49,754 nucleotides of DNA. It comes from an uncultured cyanobacterium. GTDB lineage: Bacteria; Cyanobacteriota; Cyanobacteriia; Leptolyngbyales; Leptolyngbyaceae. The position numbers and the translations under genes were made by a program. The stretch covers positions 1 to 49,754 of the forward strand of contig CAVYAN010000011.1 of assembly GCA_963766075.1 (NCBI GenBank), read 5' to 3'. Below are positions 30,829-41,179 of this stretch, in pieces; within the stretch, counting starts at the first letter, position 1, and each line of letters begins with the position of its first letter. The notes under the pieces are model-generated. The model was not told the origin of the DNA. It did no database searches and saw only the letters and a program-made list of their open reading frames with translations.

Positions 30829-31859
30829 GCAGCTTTTCCTCCGCCCATCAAATAGAGCAACGCCATCCGCACAGCGACGCCACTGGTCACCTGCTGGGAA
30901 ATCACACTGCACACGGGATCATCCATCAAGTCAGAACTAATTTCAACTCCGCGATTGACGGGGCCGGGGTGCATCACCTTAACGCTGGGTTTGCAAAGGC
31001 GCAGGCGATCGCGGGTAATGCCAAACTGCTGCTGATAGTCGCGCAAACTGGGCAACAAGTGGCTGGCCATGCGTTCCTTTTGCAACCGCAGAGTCATGAC
31101 AAAATCGGCATTTTCCAATGCGGGCGGGAGAGTCCAGTGCAGAAAAAGTCGCCCTCGTGGCTCTGCTGGGGTGGCGGGCAATGAGGATGCTCCAGGACGA
31201 TCCCCAAATTGCACAAAATCCTTAAACAACTGCGGTACCAGGGTCGGCGGTCCAGCCAAATGCACTTCAGCGCCACTCGCCGTCAGACTCCACAGGTTAG
31301 AGCGCGCGACGCGAGAATGAAGAATATCGCCAACGATTGCAATCTTTTTGCCCTTCAGCAGCTCCAGTCGGGGCTGATCTGGGTCAAGCAGGGCGCAGAG
31401 GGTGAAGAGATCCAGAAGTGCCTGGGAGGGATGTTCATGCTGGCCGTCGCCCGCATTTAAAACACCCACATTGACCCCGAGCCGATCCATTTCCTGGGCG
31501 ATCGCCTGCGGGACCCCCGCCTCTTTATGGCGAATAACCATCATATCCGTACCCATTGCCAGATAGGTTTTTGCCGTATCAAGAATGGTTTCCCCTTTAG
31601 TCAAGGAAGAGGTCCCAGGAGCAAAGTTCAAAATATCTGCCGATAGTCGCTTCGCCGCTAACTCAAAACTGCTGCGGGTGCGCGTCGAGGATTCAAAAAA
31701 TAGATTCGTCACCACTTGCCCTTGCAGGGTAGGGACTTTTTTGGTGCGGCGGGAAAGAACCTCACGAAAGCTGGTGGCTGTTTGCAGGACAGTATCGTAT
31801 TCAACTGGCGTGAAGTCCGCGAGGGACAGGATATGACGCCGGTTCCAAGAGGTCAGCAT
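30825..31859 (-). CDS. pyrB: Aspartate carbamoyltransferase catalytic subunit
   Basis: Motifs [29 protein letters not shown] and [10 protein letters not shown]. Confidence 0.97.
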   Translation of the reverse strand: MLTSWNRRHILSLADFTPVEYDTVLQTATSFREVLSRRTKKVPTLQGQVVTNLFFESSTRTRSSFELAAKRLSADILNFAPGTSSLTKGETILDTAKTYLAMGTDMMVIRHKEAGVPQAIAQEMDRLGVNVGVLNAGDGQHEHPSQALLDLFTLCALLDPDQPRLELLKGKKIAIVGDILHSRVARSNLWSLTASGAEVHLAGPPTLVPQLFKDFVQFGDRPGASSLPATPAEPRGRLFLHWTLPPALENADFVMTLRLQKERMASHLLPSLRDYQQQFGITRDRLRLCKPSVKVMHPGPVNRGVEISSDLMDDPVCSVISQQVTSGVAVRMALLYLMGGGKAA

Positions 31860-32021
31860 GAGAGGCGATTTGCGTGGGATGAGCGAGGGTTTTGAGCCTT
31901 GATCTAATCACTTATTGTGCCGTTCTTCGTGCAAGACGCAAAACTTAATTTCCTGAGGCATTTCCTGGACCAGCAATAGGGTAGATGGAACTTGAGTCAG
32001 CCAACCCACCCAAGCGCCATA

Positions 32022-32085
32022 GATATCCCTTGACCTTGGATATCCCGACCTTGGATATCCCGACCTTGGATATCCCGATCTTGGA
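32022..32085. repeat. Tandem 15-nt repeat (GACCTTGGATATCCC) x3 plus partial copies
   Basis: Seen directly, with no spacers. Confidence 0.88.
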
Positions 32086-32141
32086 CTTATGGAGGCATCG
32101 TAATCCGATGTGCCGCCCGCCAGTCCCCCGCCAGTCCACAG

Positions 32142-32921
32142 CTAGTGCAGAATTTGGGACAGAAACTTCTTGGTGCGATCGCTTTTGGGATTGTTGAAGA
32201 ACTCTGCGGGTGTCGTGTCTTCGACCAACACCCCCTCCGCTAAAAAGACAATCCGGTCGGCCACTTCTCGAGCAAAGCCCACTTCGTGGGTAACGCAGAC
32301 CATCGTCATGCCAGAACTCGCCAGCGTACGCATAGCTTGCAGCACCTCCTGCACCATTTCAGGGTCGAGGGAAGAGGTTGGTTCATCAAACAACATCACC
32401 TTCGGCTGCATGGCCAAGGCGCGGGCAATCGCCACCCGTTGCTGCTGCCCACCCGACAGTTGCCCCGGATACTTTTCAGCCTGGTGCAAAATGCCCACCC
32501 GGTCTAAAAGCTCAGTGGCAATTTCCTGCGCCCTAGCTTTCGTCCACTTCCGCACCTGCATGGGAGCCAGCATCACATTTTGCAGCACCGTCAGATGGGG
32601 AAACAGATTGAATTGTTGGAAGACCATTCCCACTTCCCGGCGGATCGCGTCAACATTTTTCATGTTGTGGGTGAGGGGAATACCATCAACTTCAATGCTG
32701 CCTTTTTGGAAAGGCTCCAGCGCATTGAAGGTGCGAATAAAAGTAGATTTGCCAGAACCCGACGGCCCCATCACCACCACCACTTCCCCTTTGTTGACGG
32801 TCAAACTCACCCCCTTCAACACATGAAAGCCGTTGTCGTACCATTTTTCCACGTCGCGAGCAACGATCGCCGGACCAGTATCCGCGATGGCACTGTGTCC
32901 AGCTCCCTCAAATTGGGTCAT
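32142..32921 (-). CDS. Polar amino-acid ABC transporter ATP-binding protein (GlnQ-like)
   Basis: [24 protein letters not shown] and LFDEPTS motifs. Confidence 0.93.
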   Translation of the reverse strand: MTQFEGAGHSAIADTGPAIVARDVEKWYDNGFHVLKGVSLTVNKGEVVVVMGPSGSGKSTFIRTFNALEPFQKGSIEVDGIPLTHNMKNVDAIRREVGMVFQQFNLFPHLTVLQNVMLAPMQVRKWTKARAQEIATELLDRVGILHQAEKYPGQLSGGQQQRVAIARALAMQPKVMLFDEPTSSLDPEMVQEVLQAMRTLASSGMTMVCVTHEVGFAREVADRIVFLAEGVLVEDTTPAEFFNNPKSDRTKKFLSQILH

Positions 32922-33142
32922 GACGGCTCCTTAGAGTAGATCGTGAAGATGACTCGATTGTATAAGGGATTAAAACCAGGATCCTCCGCAGTAAGCAGAA
33001 TCTCCGAGCAATTCATCCCAACAGTGGCTTTAAGCGCCAGATTAAGGCTTAATGATCGCCAAAGGAAAGAGGCTTTACGATCGCAGAATTTCCCCTAACA
33101 TGGGAACAGTGTTCTCCTCTACCTATCCGGAGCATAGCGGGC

Positions 33143-33709
33143 ATGGGACTTTTTGATGATTTTGGTCGATTTCTCGAAACCCAGCTTGACGAGTATCTCA
33201 AAAAGAATCCCCACTTAGAGCTTTACGTCCTAGAAGAAAAATTACGGGATCAGGAACAGGAAACTCTGACTCTCGTCACGGACCTCAAGCGCCAGGAAAC
33301 CCAGCTTCAAACAGAAATTTTGGCCTTGGCTCGTGAAATTCAACTTTGGCATAGCCGGATCGCCAAGGCCAAGGCCGCAGGCAGAACCGATCTGGCCCAG
33401 CCCGCGGAGGAACACGAAGCCAATTTGCTGCGGCAGGGAAATCAGCGCTGGGGCCAGATGGAAGTCCTGAAGGAGCGCATTCGCCAAACCCAAGAATTGC
33501 AGCTTAAAATCCAAACCCGCCGCAAAGAAGTAGAAAAGCAAGTTGTCCAGGCCACCCGAGGCACCTCCACCGCCCAAGCCGCAGCCACAGCAGCCTGGAC
33601 ACAAATGCCCAGTGCCAGCCCCGGCCAGGTCAATGATCTCAACAAACAGTTCCAACAGTGGGAAGCCCAGGAAGAGTTGGACCAGTTAAAGCGGAGCATG
33701 GGCAAATAG
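33143..33709 (+). CDS. Coiled-coil PspA-like cyanobacterial protein (TIGR04376-like)
   Basis: MGLFDDFGRFLETQLDEYLKKNPHLEL and a C-terminal FQQWE...ELDQLKR. Confidence 0.75.
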   Translation: MGLFDDFGRFLETQLDEYLKKNPHLELYVLEEKLRDQEQETLTLVTDLKRQETQLQTEILALAREIQLWHSRIAKAKAAGRTDLAQPAEEHEANLLRQGNQRWGQMEVLKERIRQTQELQLKIQTRRKEVEKQVVQATRGTSTAQAAATAAWTQMPSASPGQVNDLNKQFQQWEAQEELDQLKRSMGK

Positions 33710-34468
33710 ATGCATTTTCCGGTGTATATTCGCCTGGGCGATTGGCAGGTACATCCGCATGTGTTGTTTGAATCCTTGGGATATGCGATCGCCCTACGAC
33801 TGGCCCTGGCTAACTTTCGCCGGGATACCATCATCACACCTACCCAGCGCAGTTCGATTGTGGTCGGGGGCCTAGCGGGTGGGCTGTTGGGCGCAAAGGC
33901 CCTCGTGCTGCTCCAGCATCTCGACTTGGCCGCACAATCCTGGGAGCAATTCCTTGGCCTGCTGCTTTCAGGCAAGACGGTCGTGGGCGGCTTGTTGGGA
34001 GCCGTGGCCGGTGTGGAAGTCACCAAGCGCTGGATTGGGGTGAAGCAATCGACCGGCGATGCCTTTGTCTATCCCTTGATTGGCGGGATGGCCATGGGCC
34101 GAATCGGGTGCTTTCTGACGGGCCTAAGCGATCGCACCTATGGGATCGCCACGACGCTGCCCTGGGGCGTTGACTTTGGCGATGGCATTCCCCGACACCC
34201 CACCCAACTCTATGAAATTGTATTCCTGCTCGGCTTATGGGCGGGGCTGCGATGGCGCGATCGCTATACACACCAGCCCGGTGATGGGTTTAAGTTCTAT
34301 ATGATTGCCTATCTTAGCTTTCGGTTCAGCATTGACTGGCTCAAGCCCGACTTCCATCCCCTCCTCGGCATGAGTGCGATTCAAATCGCCTGCCTGTTAG
34401 GGCTGATTTACTACCGCAATAGCTTCAAAGACCTAATTCCCCAAGGTGTCAGCAGGCCACACTCCTGA
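33710..34468 (+). CDS. Prolipoprotein diacylglyceryl transferase family protein
   Basis: GRIGCFLTG and RHPTQLYE motifs in a multi-TM protein. Confidence 0.85.
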   Translation: MHFPVYIRLGDWQVHPHVLFESLGYAIALRLALANFRRDTIITPTQRSSIVVGGLAGGLLGAKALVLLQHLDLAAQSWEQFLGLLLSGKTVVGGLLGAVAGVEVTKRWIGVKQSTGDAFVYPLIGGMAMGRIGCFLTGLSDRTYGIATTLPWGVDFGDGIPRHPTQLYEIVFLLGLWAGLRWRDRYTHQPGDGFKFYMIAYLSFRFSIDWLKPDFHPLLGMSAIQIACLLGLIYYRNSFKDLIPQGVSRPHS

Positions 34469-34562
34469 GATTGCTCCTCACGCGTATATTTCCTATACGT
34501 ATATTACGTGTCCGTAAGTTAAGAACTACAACTTCGATACGCCTTGCCTTTGCTTTTAGCCG

Positions 34563-34772
34563 ATGATCATGGAATTCCCGCTCCTCACCCTTTACGGAGA
34601 ATCTCCCATGCACCAAAAACAACAAGCGGCAAAAGAATTAACCGTTTTGATGGGTTTGGTCATGCTCGGAGGATTGGTCTTGAGCAGTATCACCATTGCC
34701 TACGCCGTTCAGTTGACCCGCAATGATTCTGGCAGCACCACCCATGCTCTGCGATCCTGGGTCGCATTCTAG
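34563..34772 (+). CDS. Small hypothetical membrane protein
   Basis: 69-aa ORF with one hydrophobic segment. Start uncertain. Confidence 0.4.
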   Translation: MIMEFPLLTLYGESPMHQKQQAAKELTVLMGLVMLGGLVLSSITIAYAVQLTRNDSGSTTHALRSWVAF

Positions 34773-34834
34773 ACCCGCTTCCCTAGTTCTATCCATGGTG
34801 AGCCTAGCAGGTGGTGGTTCTGCTAGGGGAAAGC

Positions 34835-35606
34835 CTAATGGTGGGAGAGAATCTGTTGCACCAATTCAGCAAAGCCGTTGCCCTCGGCCTGGGTCGTAAT
34901 GTATTGAGGCTGGTGCCGCAGGCGATCGCAATACTCGCGCACGTTAGCCACCCCAACGGACAGCGGAAACCGCCCCGCGTCAAAGAGACTTTCATCATTT
35001 AGACTGTCCCCCAGGGTCAACACCTGGGCTGGGGTGACATCGGGAAACTGCTGTGCCATCACCTGTAGCACCCCTCGTGCCTTTTCCTGTTCCACCCGCT
35101 TTATGTGGCATTGCACCGTGCTGTAGGTAAAGCCCCAACCCGCAGCTTGGCAAAGCTGCTGCATTGTCTGCAAATCCGCTACCGTCAGCCCGTGCACATC
35201 AAAGGTCCAATCGGTCAGGCGAAACTGATTGTCCGCCGTTTCTCGAATCTGGGGAAATTTCGCCTGTAACTGCTGAAACATCGCCGCTAACCCATGACGA
35301 TGGGCCGCTAAATCGGCGATGTCTACCAGCACTTGGGCCGTTTCCGGCTGACTGCGGTAAAAAATGCCCCCATTTTCAGCGATCGCCCCCGCAATTGGTA
35401 AATAGCTAACCACCCCACTCACCCCAGCCCGCCGATCGCCCTGTGACAATCACCACAGGGATCCCCGCCGCTGCCAGCGCCTCCAGCGCCTCTAGCAAGC
35501 ATGTCGAAAACTTGTGGGCGATCGTCAACGTGCCATCCATATCCGTAGCCACCAGTCGCACCTTCTGCAAAGCCTGCCCCGCTTGCGCGATCGCCGCCAA
35601 CGTCAT
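34835..35606 (-). CDS. HAD-superfamily (subfamily IIB) hydrolase with one frameshift
   Basis: VATDMDGTLT and VIVTGRSAGW lie in one frame; IAENGG and LGDSLND lie in another. Removing one base from the C4 run at 35422-35425 restores GRSAGWVSGVVSYLP. Confidence 0.85.
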
Positions 35607-35715
35607 ATCATCTGTACCGCTACAAAACCACCCTACTAGCATACTGCTCCCGGCCGGCCCACCGCCCTTGCCCATTTCTGCGCTACTCTAGTCAAATGGT
35701 GGCATCTGCGCCCAG

Positions 35716-35851
35716 ATGGGCATCTTAAAATCACGGGGGCATCTTAAAATCATCAATTTCAATCCGGTAGAACCTGTTTCAATCCGGTAGAACCTTATTA
35801 ACGCTAGAACTTTATTCGAGCCATAACTTTTTATTCGAGCCACAACTTTTA
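35716..35851. repeat. Three consecutive, unrelated tandem duplications
   Basis: GGGCATCTTAAAATCA x2, TTTCAATCCGGTAGAACCT x2 and TTTATTCGAGCCAYAACTTTT x2. Confidence 0.75.
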
Positions 35852-35857
35852 ATAGCC

Positions 35858-36652
35858 ATGTCACCCGACCTCATCCCTGTCGCCCTCTGGTTGGCTCAAA
35901 CTCCGGCAAAGCCAGTAAAAACCCAGCCGATCCAGGCCCCAGTCGCCGCCAAGCCTGCGGAAAAGTCCGAGTCAATCTGGATGTACTCGACCGGCGGGCT
36001 AGTGATCCTACTCGTAGCCCTCGGTGTTTTATCCAAGCTGGGTATGGATCGGCTGAAAAAGCAAATTCGGTTTGAAACCTTCAAAAACCGAGAGCTCCAG
36101 CGCAAACTCAAGCTGGCGGTGGAAACCATCGGCAAAATGGAACGCAACCCCGACTTAATCCATTCCCGTGAATTTAACCTGGATTACCTGCGGTTGCGGA
36201 TGGAAGAAGAAGTCTTTCACTTTGCCATTCTGAACCAAATCAAAATCAAGGTTAAGGACCAAATCACCGTCGCCCTGCGCCCCAATGCATCCAATCAAAG
36301 CGAAGTCGGCATTGCCAGCACCGGTCGCCAAGTTGACCAAGTCTTTGATGTGGAATACGAACCCGGGGGCGACACCCCCAAAGGCACGAAGCGTGTCCTC
36401 TTCCGCATTGAGACCAAAATCCTGAAGCTGCCCACCCAGCCCACTTCAGTAACGATCAACCAAATTATTGACTGCATTGAAACATTCCTCAGTCCGGCGG
36501 GTGCTAACGATACCTGGCAGCCAACGATTCAGGGCCGGATTGCCAACATGCGCTGGGATCAAAAAGCTAAGCCCACGCCCCTTCTGGTCCTCGAACAAAC
36601 GCAAGAAGGCAGCAACGTTACCTTTAGAACCACGCGAATGGCTACCAATTAG
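35858..36652 (+). CDS. Hypothetical membrane-anchored protein
   Basis: 264 aa with one TM helix followed by a coiled coil; NPDLIHSREFNLDYLR. Confidence 0.75.
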   Translation: MSPDLIPVALWLAQTPAKPVKTQPIQAPVAAKPAEKSESIWMYSTGGLVILLVALGVLSKLGMDRLKKQIRFETFKNRELQRKLKLAVETIGKMERNPDLIHSREFNLDYLRLRMEEEVFHFAILNQIKIKVKDQITVALRPNASNQSEVGIASTGRQVDQVFDVEYEPGGDTPKGTKRVLFRIETKILKLPTQPTSVTINQIIDCIETFLSPAGANDTWQPTIQGRIANMRWDQKAKPTPLLVLEQTQEGSNVTFRTTRMATN

Positions 36653-36772
36653 TCCAGTTAGCTCGGGCTAGGGGTGAGAAGACGTGAGTGGATTAAGAGA
36701 GCACAATAGCGTTAAGAATTGTTCTAGAATTTGTAGAGCTATTTTATCTTCTGCTTGTGCGCGGGGTCAGCC

Positions 36773-37947
36773 TTGAACTTCAAATCCTTTGTGAAATCGC
36801 CGGAGAAGTGGATTCTTGTCCTAATTGCGTTAGCGGTGGGGGCGACCGGGTTTGGCATTTTTATGGCCTTGCGTCCGGCGAGTTCGGACTCGAGCCAGAA
36901 CCCTACACCAACGCCAACCCCAGTGCGGCCAGCAACCTGATTACCGCTCTGGGAAGGCTGGAACCCGGTGGCGAAGTGTTTTGTGTATCGCCCCCTTCCG
37001 CTAATAGCAGCGGGCGCGTTATGAAACTGATGGCCAAGGAAGGTGACTTAGTGAAGCAGGGTCAACCGATTGCCGTCATGGATACCTATGAACGATTGGT
37101 AGCGGCGGGCATGCAGGCGGAGGCCCAGGTTCGGGAAGCCCAAGCCCGGGTAGCACAGGCGTCTACAGGTGCCAAGCAGGAAGATGTCGGAGCTCAAGCC
37201 GCCCAGACGAATGCCAAGCTGTCAGAAATTGGCTCCAAGGAGGCGGCGATTGTCCGGGCCAAGGTCGCCCTAGAAACAGCACAGGTCAAATTCAAACGTT
37301 ACGAAGAAAATAAAGACGGCCTGTCTAAAAATGACTATGACCAGCAACGGTTAGAGCTGGCGACGGCTGAAGCCGCCTTTGTGCAGGCGCAAAAAGAGAG
37401 AGAGCAAGCTATCCGTGAATTTCAGCAGCAGCAACAAACGGGGAGCGGCCTTGCAACTGTACGCCCAGTAGACGTGCAGCAGGCGCAGGCGAGCTTGCAG
37501 GTAGCGGTGGCAAATTTACAGCAGGCTAAAGCCAACTTTGAAACCGCGACCGTCCGTTCTCCCATTACAGGACGAATCCTGAAAGTGCATGCCAAGGAAA
37601 CGGAACAGGTCAGCAGTTTAGTCACCGGCGGTGGCAGCCAATCTTGCAGTGGCATTGCCGAAGTGGGCCGCACTGACCAAATGTATGCAGTGGCTGAGGT
37701 GTATGAAAGCGATGTCGCTAAAATTCGCCCTGGGCAAAAAGCGACGATCACCAGCACAGCGTTTGCGGGAGAGCTGGCGGGCAGCGTGGCCCAAGTTGGT
37801 CTCAAGGTGGGCAAGAAGGATGTGCTGAATACGGATCCGGCTGCCGACACAGACGCCCGCGTGGTGGAAGTCAAGGTGCGGCTGGCGGACAGCAAGCCCG
37901 TGGAAGGTTTGACGAATTTACAAGTGAAGGTCGCGATTGCCCCCTAA
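36773..37947 (+). CDS. HlyD/DevB-family membrane fusion protein with a frameshift near 36930
   Basis: The TM anchor KWILVLIALAVGATGFGIF lies in one frame. ITALGRLEPGG, AVAEVYESD and DARVVEVKVRL...LTNLQV lie in another. Confidence 0.85.
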
Positions 37948-37988
37948 GCGACACTGGCGATCGCTTTTTTCTGCTAATCCCCCCGCTG

Positions 37989-38088
37989 GCTTCGACTCCG
38001 CTCAGCCAACGGGGGATTAGCCAAAGCAAGGATTGCTCCCTGAGCGGAAAGGATTGCTCCCTTCGACTCCGCTCAGGGAGCAATCCTT
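37989..38088. repeat. REP-like palindromic element cluster
   Basis: CTTCGACTCCGCTCAG occurs twice. AAGGATTGCTCCC occurs twice, with the inverted copy GGGAGCAATCCTT. Confidence 0.7.
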
Positions 38089-38152
38089 CGGGCGGTAGAC
38101 TGTTTCATGGCAATTCCCTCATCTTTCTCGCTCGTTCAGCACATAAGAGAAT

Positions 38153-38986
38153 CTATTCACCATTGTCCCGTCTTTGGTTATTTCTGATCGCCACGAAATT
38201 TGTCGTTCTAAATTGTTCAAGAATTTCTCTATAGGCTTTGATGGGATAAAGATAGCCAGAAGGCGTAATTCTGGCCAGATCCATCTTCTGGGACTGGAAA
38301 AAGTAGTAAAAATCCTGAAAGAAGCTGCGTGTATCAATATTACAGCCGCCAAATTCAAACGTCACTAGATCAATGGCTTGCCGTTGAAACATCTGAGAGG
38401 CACCTGCTAAGACGTCGAGTTCATGCCCTTCTACATCTATTTTTAATAGATGTATTCTATCAACGGACTTTTCCAGGCAATAGTGATCCAGTGTGTTGAT
38501 TTTTACCGTTTCAGACTGTTGAAAATGAATGTTGAAATGATCAAGACGGCGCTGGGAAAGAGATGCGAGTCCGGAGCCATCACTATCTGAGTACAGTATC
38601 CCTTTCCCCGGTGCTTGGCCCAACGCTAGATGATTGAGATGAACATCCTGGACATGGCCAAAGCCTTTGTGGAGATTGTTAAAGGTCCAGTCACTGGGCT
38701 CGAAACAATGAATAGTAGCACTGCCGGAGGGTAGCGATCGCAATAATACACTGAGATATTGACCTTGATTGGATCCCACGTCAAAAATGCAATAAGGAGC
38801 CTGAAAGCGCTGTTTAAGGAGATCCAAAACAACCCCTTCACCACTCGACTCAACGCCACCCCCCGCACCAATTCCCATGAGACCGTGGGTCACGGCGACA
38901 TTTTTCTCCAGCAGTTTTTGCACGAACTGATTTCCGGTGCAGCGCAAGACCAGTTGATTAAATAGAGATCCTTTTGAAAATGACAT
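38153..38986 (-). CDS. FkbM family methyltransferase
   Basis: IFDVGSNQGQY, IHCFEP and LLKIDVEGHE motifs. GAAGGAG RBS. Confidence 0.9.
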   Translation of the reverse strand: MSFSKGSLFNQLVLRCTGNQFVQKLLEKNVAVTHGLMGIGAGGGVESSGEGVVLDLLKQRFQAPYCIFDVGSNQGQYLSVLLRSLPSGSATIHCFEPSDWTFNNLHKGFGHVQDVHLNHLALGQAPGKGILYSDSDGSGLASLSQRRLDHFNIHFQQSETVKINTLDHYCLEKSVDRIHLLKIDVEGHELDVLAGASQMFQRQAIDLVTFEFGGCNIDTRSFFQDFYYFFQSQKMDLARITPSGYLYPIKAYREILEQFRTTNFVAIRNNQRRDNGE

Positions 38987-39039
38987 TGAGCTGCTCCTTC
39001 TCCAAGGAAATCTATGGAATTTTCGCCGCACCGTAACAG

Positions 39040-39933
39040 TTATTTCAGAGTTCTATTCTGATGTGATTCCCTGAGTTGCATAACAACATAACTCAGAAAC
39101 CAGCGGAGGACTTTGATGCCAAATAAACAGGGACCGATCGCGCCATATTTTTGCCAGTGATAGTAGAACTGGGCGGGGAGATAGTAGCGGGACTTTTTTG
39201 AGCAAAACAGCGATCGCCCTTGCAAATTTTGCCCAAATCGCGCCCACGCATAGCTCACAAAATCGTGATTCGCTTCTACCATATCTGGAATTTGTACTTT
39301 AGCATCGCCCACAATGGTGACCAAAAATCCTGCCCGTGAGGCTTTCAAGGTATACATATCATCCCCGCAATAGTGGGGAAATCGCTGGGCATCCGGCAAA
39401 CCAATCCGATCCACAACCTCTCGGGAAATCGCAACACAGTACCCCGTTACTCCTTCTACAGGGATAATCTCTCCCGGTTTCGCCGTGAATCGCTGTCGCG
39501 CTCGAAAACCATTTTCCAAGGGTTGGTCAGCGTTCACTAAGTAGCAAGCCGCCGCCGCCAGTCCACCAACAGACTGCACAGCGGCATCCGCCCGAAGCAC
39601 CTGTATCAATTTGTCTAAAGCACCTACCCTGGGCAAACAATCATCATTTAGCCAAATCAAATACGCTGCACCGCGCTGATAGGCATAGTCCATACCCAGT
39701 CGTATTGCCCCTGTCCACCAAAGATGGCCGTCTCCCGACAAAACGTCTACCGTCGGGAAAGCGCTCTGAATTGCCGCCGCTGTGCCATCGGTGGAACCAT
39801 CATCCACCACGACCACGGCATAACGCTGCAAGTCGCCATTCTGCTGCAACCGCTGCAAGCATTGCAGGGTGGTTGTCTTGCGGTTATGTACGGGAATAAT
39901 CAGGGTAGCCGGATTGGCGCTAAAGTCTGTCAT
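39040..39933 (-). CDS. Glycosyltransferase family 2
   Basis: IIPVHNR, VVDDGSTDGT and WLNDD motifs. Confidence 0.92.
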   Translation of the reverse strand: MTDFSANPATLIIPVHNRKTTTLQCLQRLQQNGDLQRYAVVVVDDGSTDGTAAAIQSAFPTVDVLSGDGHLWWTGAIRLGMDYAYQRGAAYLIWLNDDCLPRVGALDKLIQVLRADAAVQSVGGLAAAACYLVNADQPLENGFRARQRFTAKPGEIIPVEGVTGYCVAISREVVDRIGLPDAQRFPHYCGDDMYTLKASRAGFLVTIVGDAKVQIPDMVEANHDFVSYAWARFGQNLQGRSLFCSKKSRYYLPAQFYYHWQKYGAIGPCLFGIKVLRWFLSYVVMQLRESHQNRTLK

Positions 39934-41179
39934 GGTGCCGCTGGATCACATCTGTAAACAGGTGGCGGTAGTCGTGTGCTTGCCGCTCTAGAGAGAACGT
40001 TTGCTCGGCTTTGGCGCGGGCATTGTGACCCAGGCGATCGCCAGCCTGCAATACCCACGTTAGCCCCGCTGCAAAGTCGTCACAGTCAAAGGGTCGCGCC
40101 AAATAGCCATTGATCTGGTGGTCAATGAGATCGGCCATCCCGCCAATATCAAAGGCTACACAGGGCGTACCGCAGGCCAGCGCTTCGAGGACTGTATTGG
40201 GCAAATTGTCTTGAAGCGAGGGCGCAACAAAGACATCGGCGGCGGCATAGGCCAGCGCCACCGTGGCCTCATCATACAGATGCCCTAAATAATGGATGGG
40301 AAATTCCCAAGTCGGTGGATGTGCGGGGCGATCGCTCCCCAAAATCACCAGGTCCAGAGATAGTGTCGGATCGCAGCGCAAACGTTGCAAAATTCCTTTC
40401 AGAAGGTGAAACCCCTTGCGAAAATCGCTTGTCGCATCCAGCGCACCAAACAGCAGCAGGGGGCGATCTCCGGGCAACCCCAAGCGTTGCCGAGCTTCAG
40501 CCCGCAGCATGGGCTTGTAGCATTGTAGATCCACACCGTTAGGGATGATCTCAATCCGATGGCCGTGAAATAATGCACTCTGGCGCGCGCAGTCCGCCAG
40601 CCAGCGACTAGGACTCACCACGGTGACAGGCAACTCTCGCCATGCGGTGGCCTTACGCTGCCAGATCCAGCGGGTGAGATCGGTATCCCGCGCGCTATGT
40701 AACTGCGGACAGGCTCCACACTGCTGCTGGTAGCGATCGCAGCCGTTGCTATAATGACAGCCACCCGTGAACGCCCACATATCGTGCAATGTCCACACCA
40801 GGGGACGGTTTAGCCGCTTTAGCGTTTCAATTTGGACAAACCCGCGCCCCGTCCAGTGCAGGTTAATGACCTCGGGCTGAAGCAGTGCGACGGTTTGGGG
40901 CAGACGATCCGGCAGCCATTGCACAGAGTAAAATCCCTGGCGTTGGCGATAGCGATAGAGCGGCAGGCGATCGAGGGGCGATCTCAGACGGGAGATCGCC
41001 CGATTTAGTCGAGTCTGCGGTGCCAACACCGTAGCGTCATGGCTACTTTTCCGTTGCACCAGCATTTGCGACGTCACGGATAATTCTGGCGGCAACGCAT
41101 TGAGCCCCTGATGGAGACGGTAGGCTGCCTGCGCGGCTCCACCGACCCGATCGAACGTGCTCAGAAGTAATGCCTTCAT
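39920..41179 (-). CDS. Glycosyltransferase family 4
   Basis: GGAAQAAYRLH, WTLHDMWAFTGGCHY and PSLQDNLPNTVLEALACG motifs. Confidence 0.92.
   Translation of the reverse strand: MKALLLSTFDRVGGAAQAAYRLHQGLNALPPELSVTSQMLVQRKSSHDATVLAPQTRLNRAISRLRSPLDRLPLYRYRQRQGFYSVQWLPDRLPQTVALLQPEVINLHWTGRGFVQIETLKRLNRPLVWTLHDMWAFTGGCHYSNGCDRYQQQCGACPQLHSARDTDLTRWIWQRKATAWRELPVTVVSPSRWLADCARQSALFHGHRIEIIPNGVDLQCYKPMLRAEARQRLGLPGDRPLLLFGALDATSDFRKGFHLLKGILQRLRCDPTLSLDLVILGSDRPAHPPTWEFPIHYLGHLYDEATVALAYAAADVFVAPSLQDNLPNTVLEALACGTPCVAFDIGGMADLIDHQINGYLARPFDCDDFAAGLTWVLQAGDRLGHNARAKAEQTFSLERQAHDYRHLFTDVIQRHHDRL

Noticed and set aside
32022..32085. Possible CRISPR array
   Set aside because: The units are 15 nt and directly adjacent, with no spacers and no cas genes. 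The same applies to the other short repeats.
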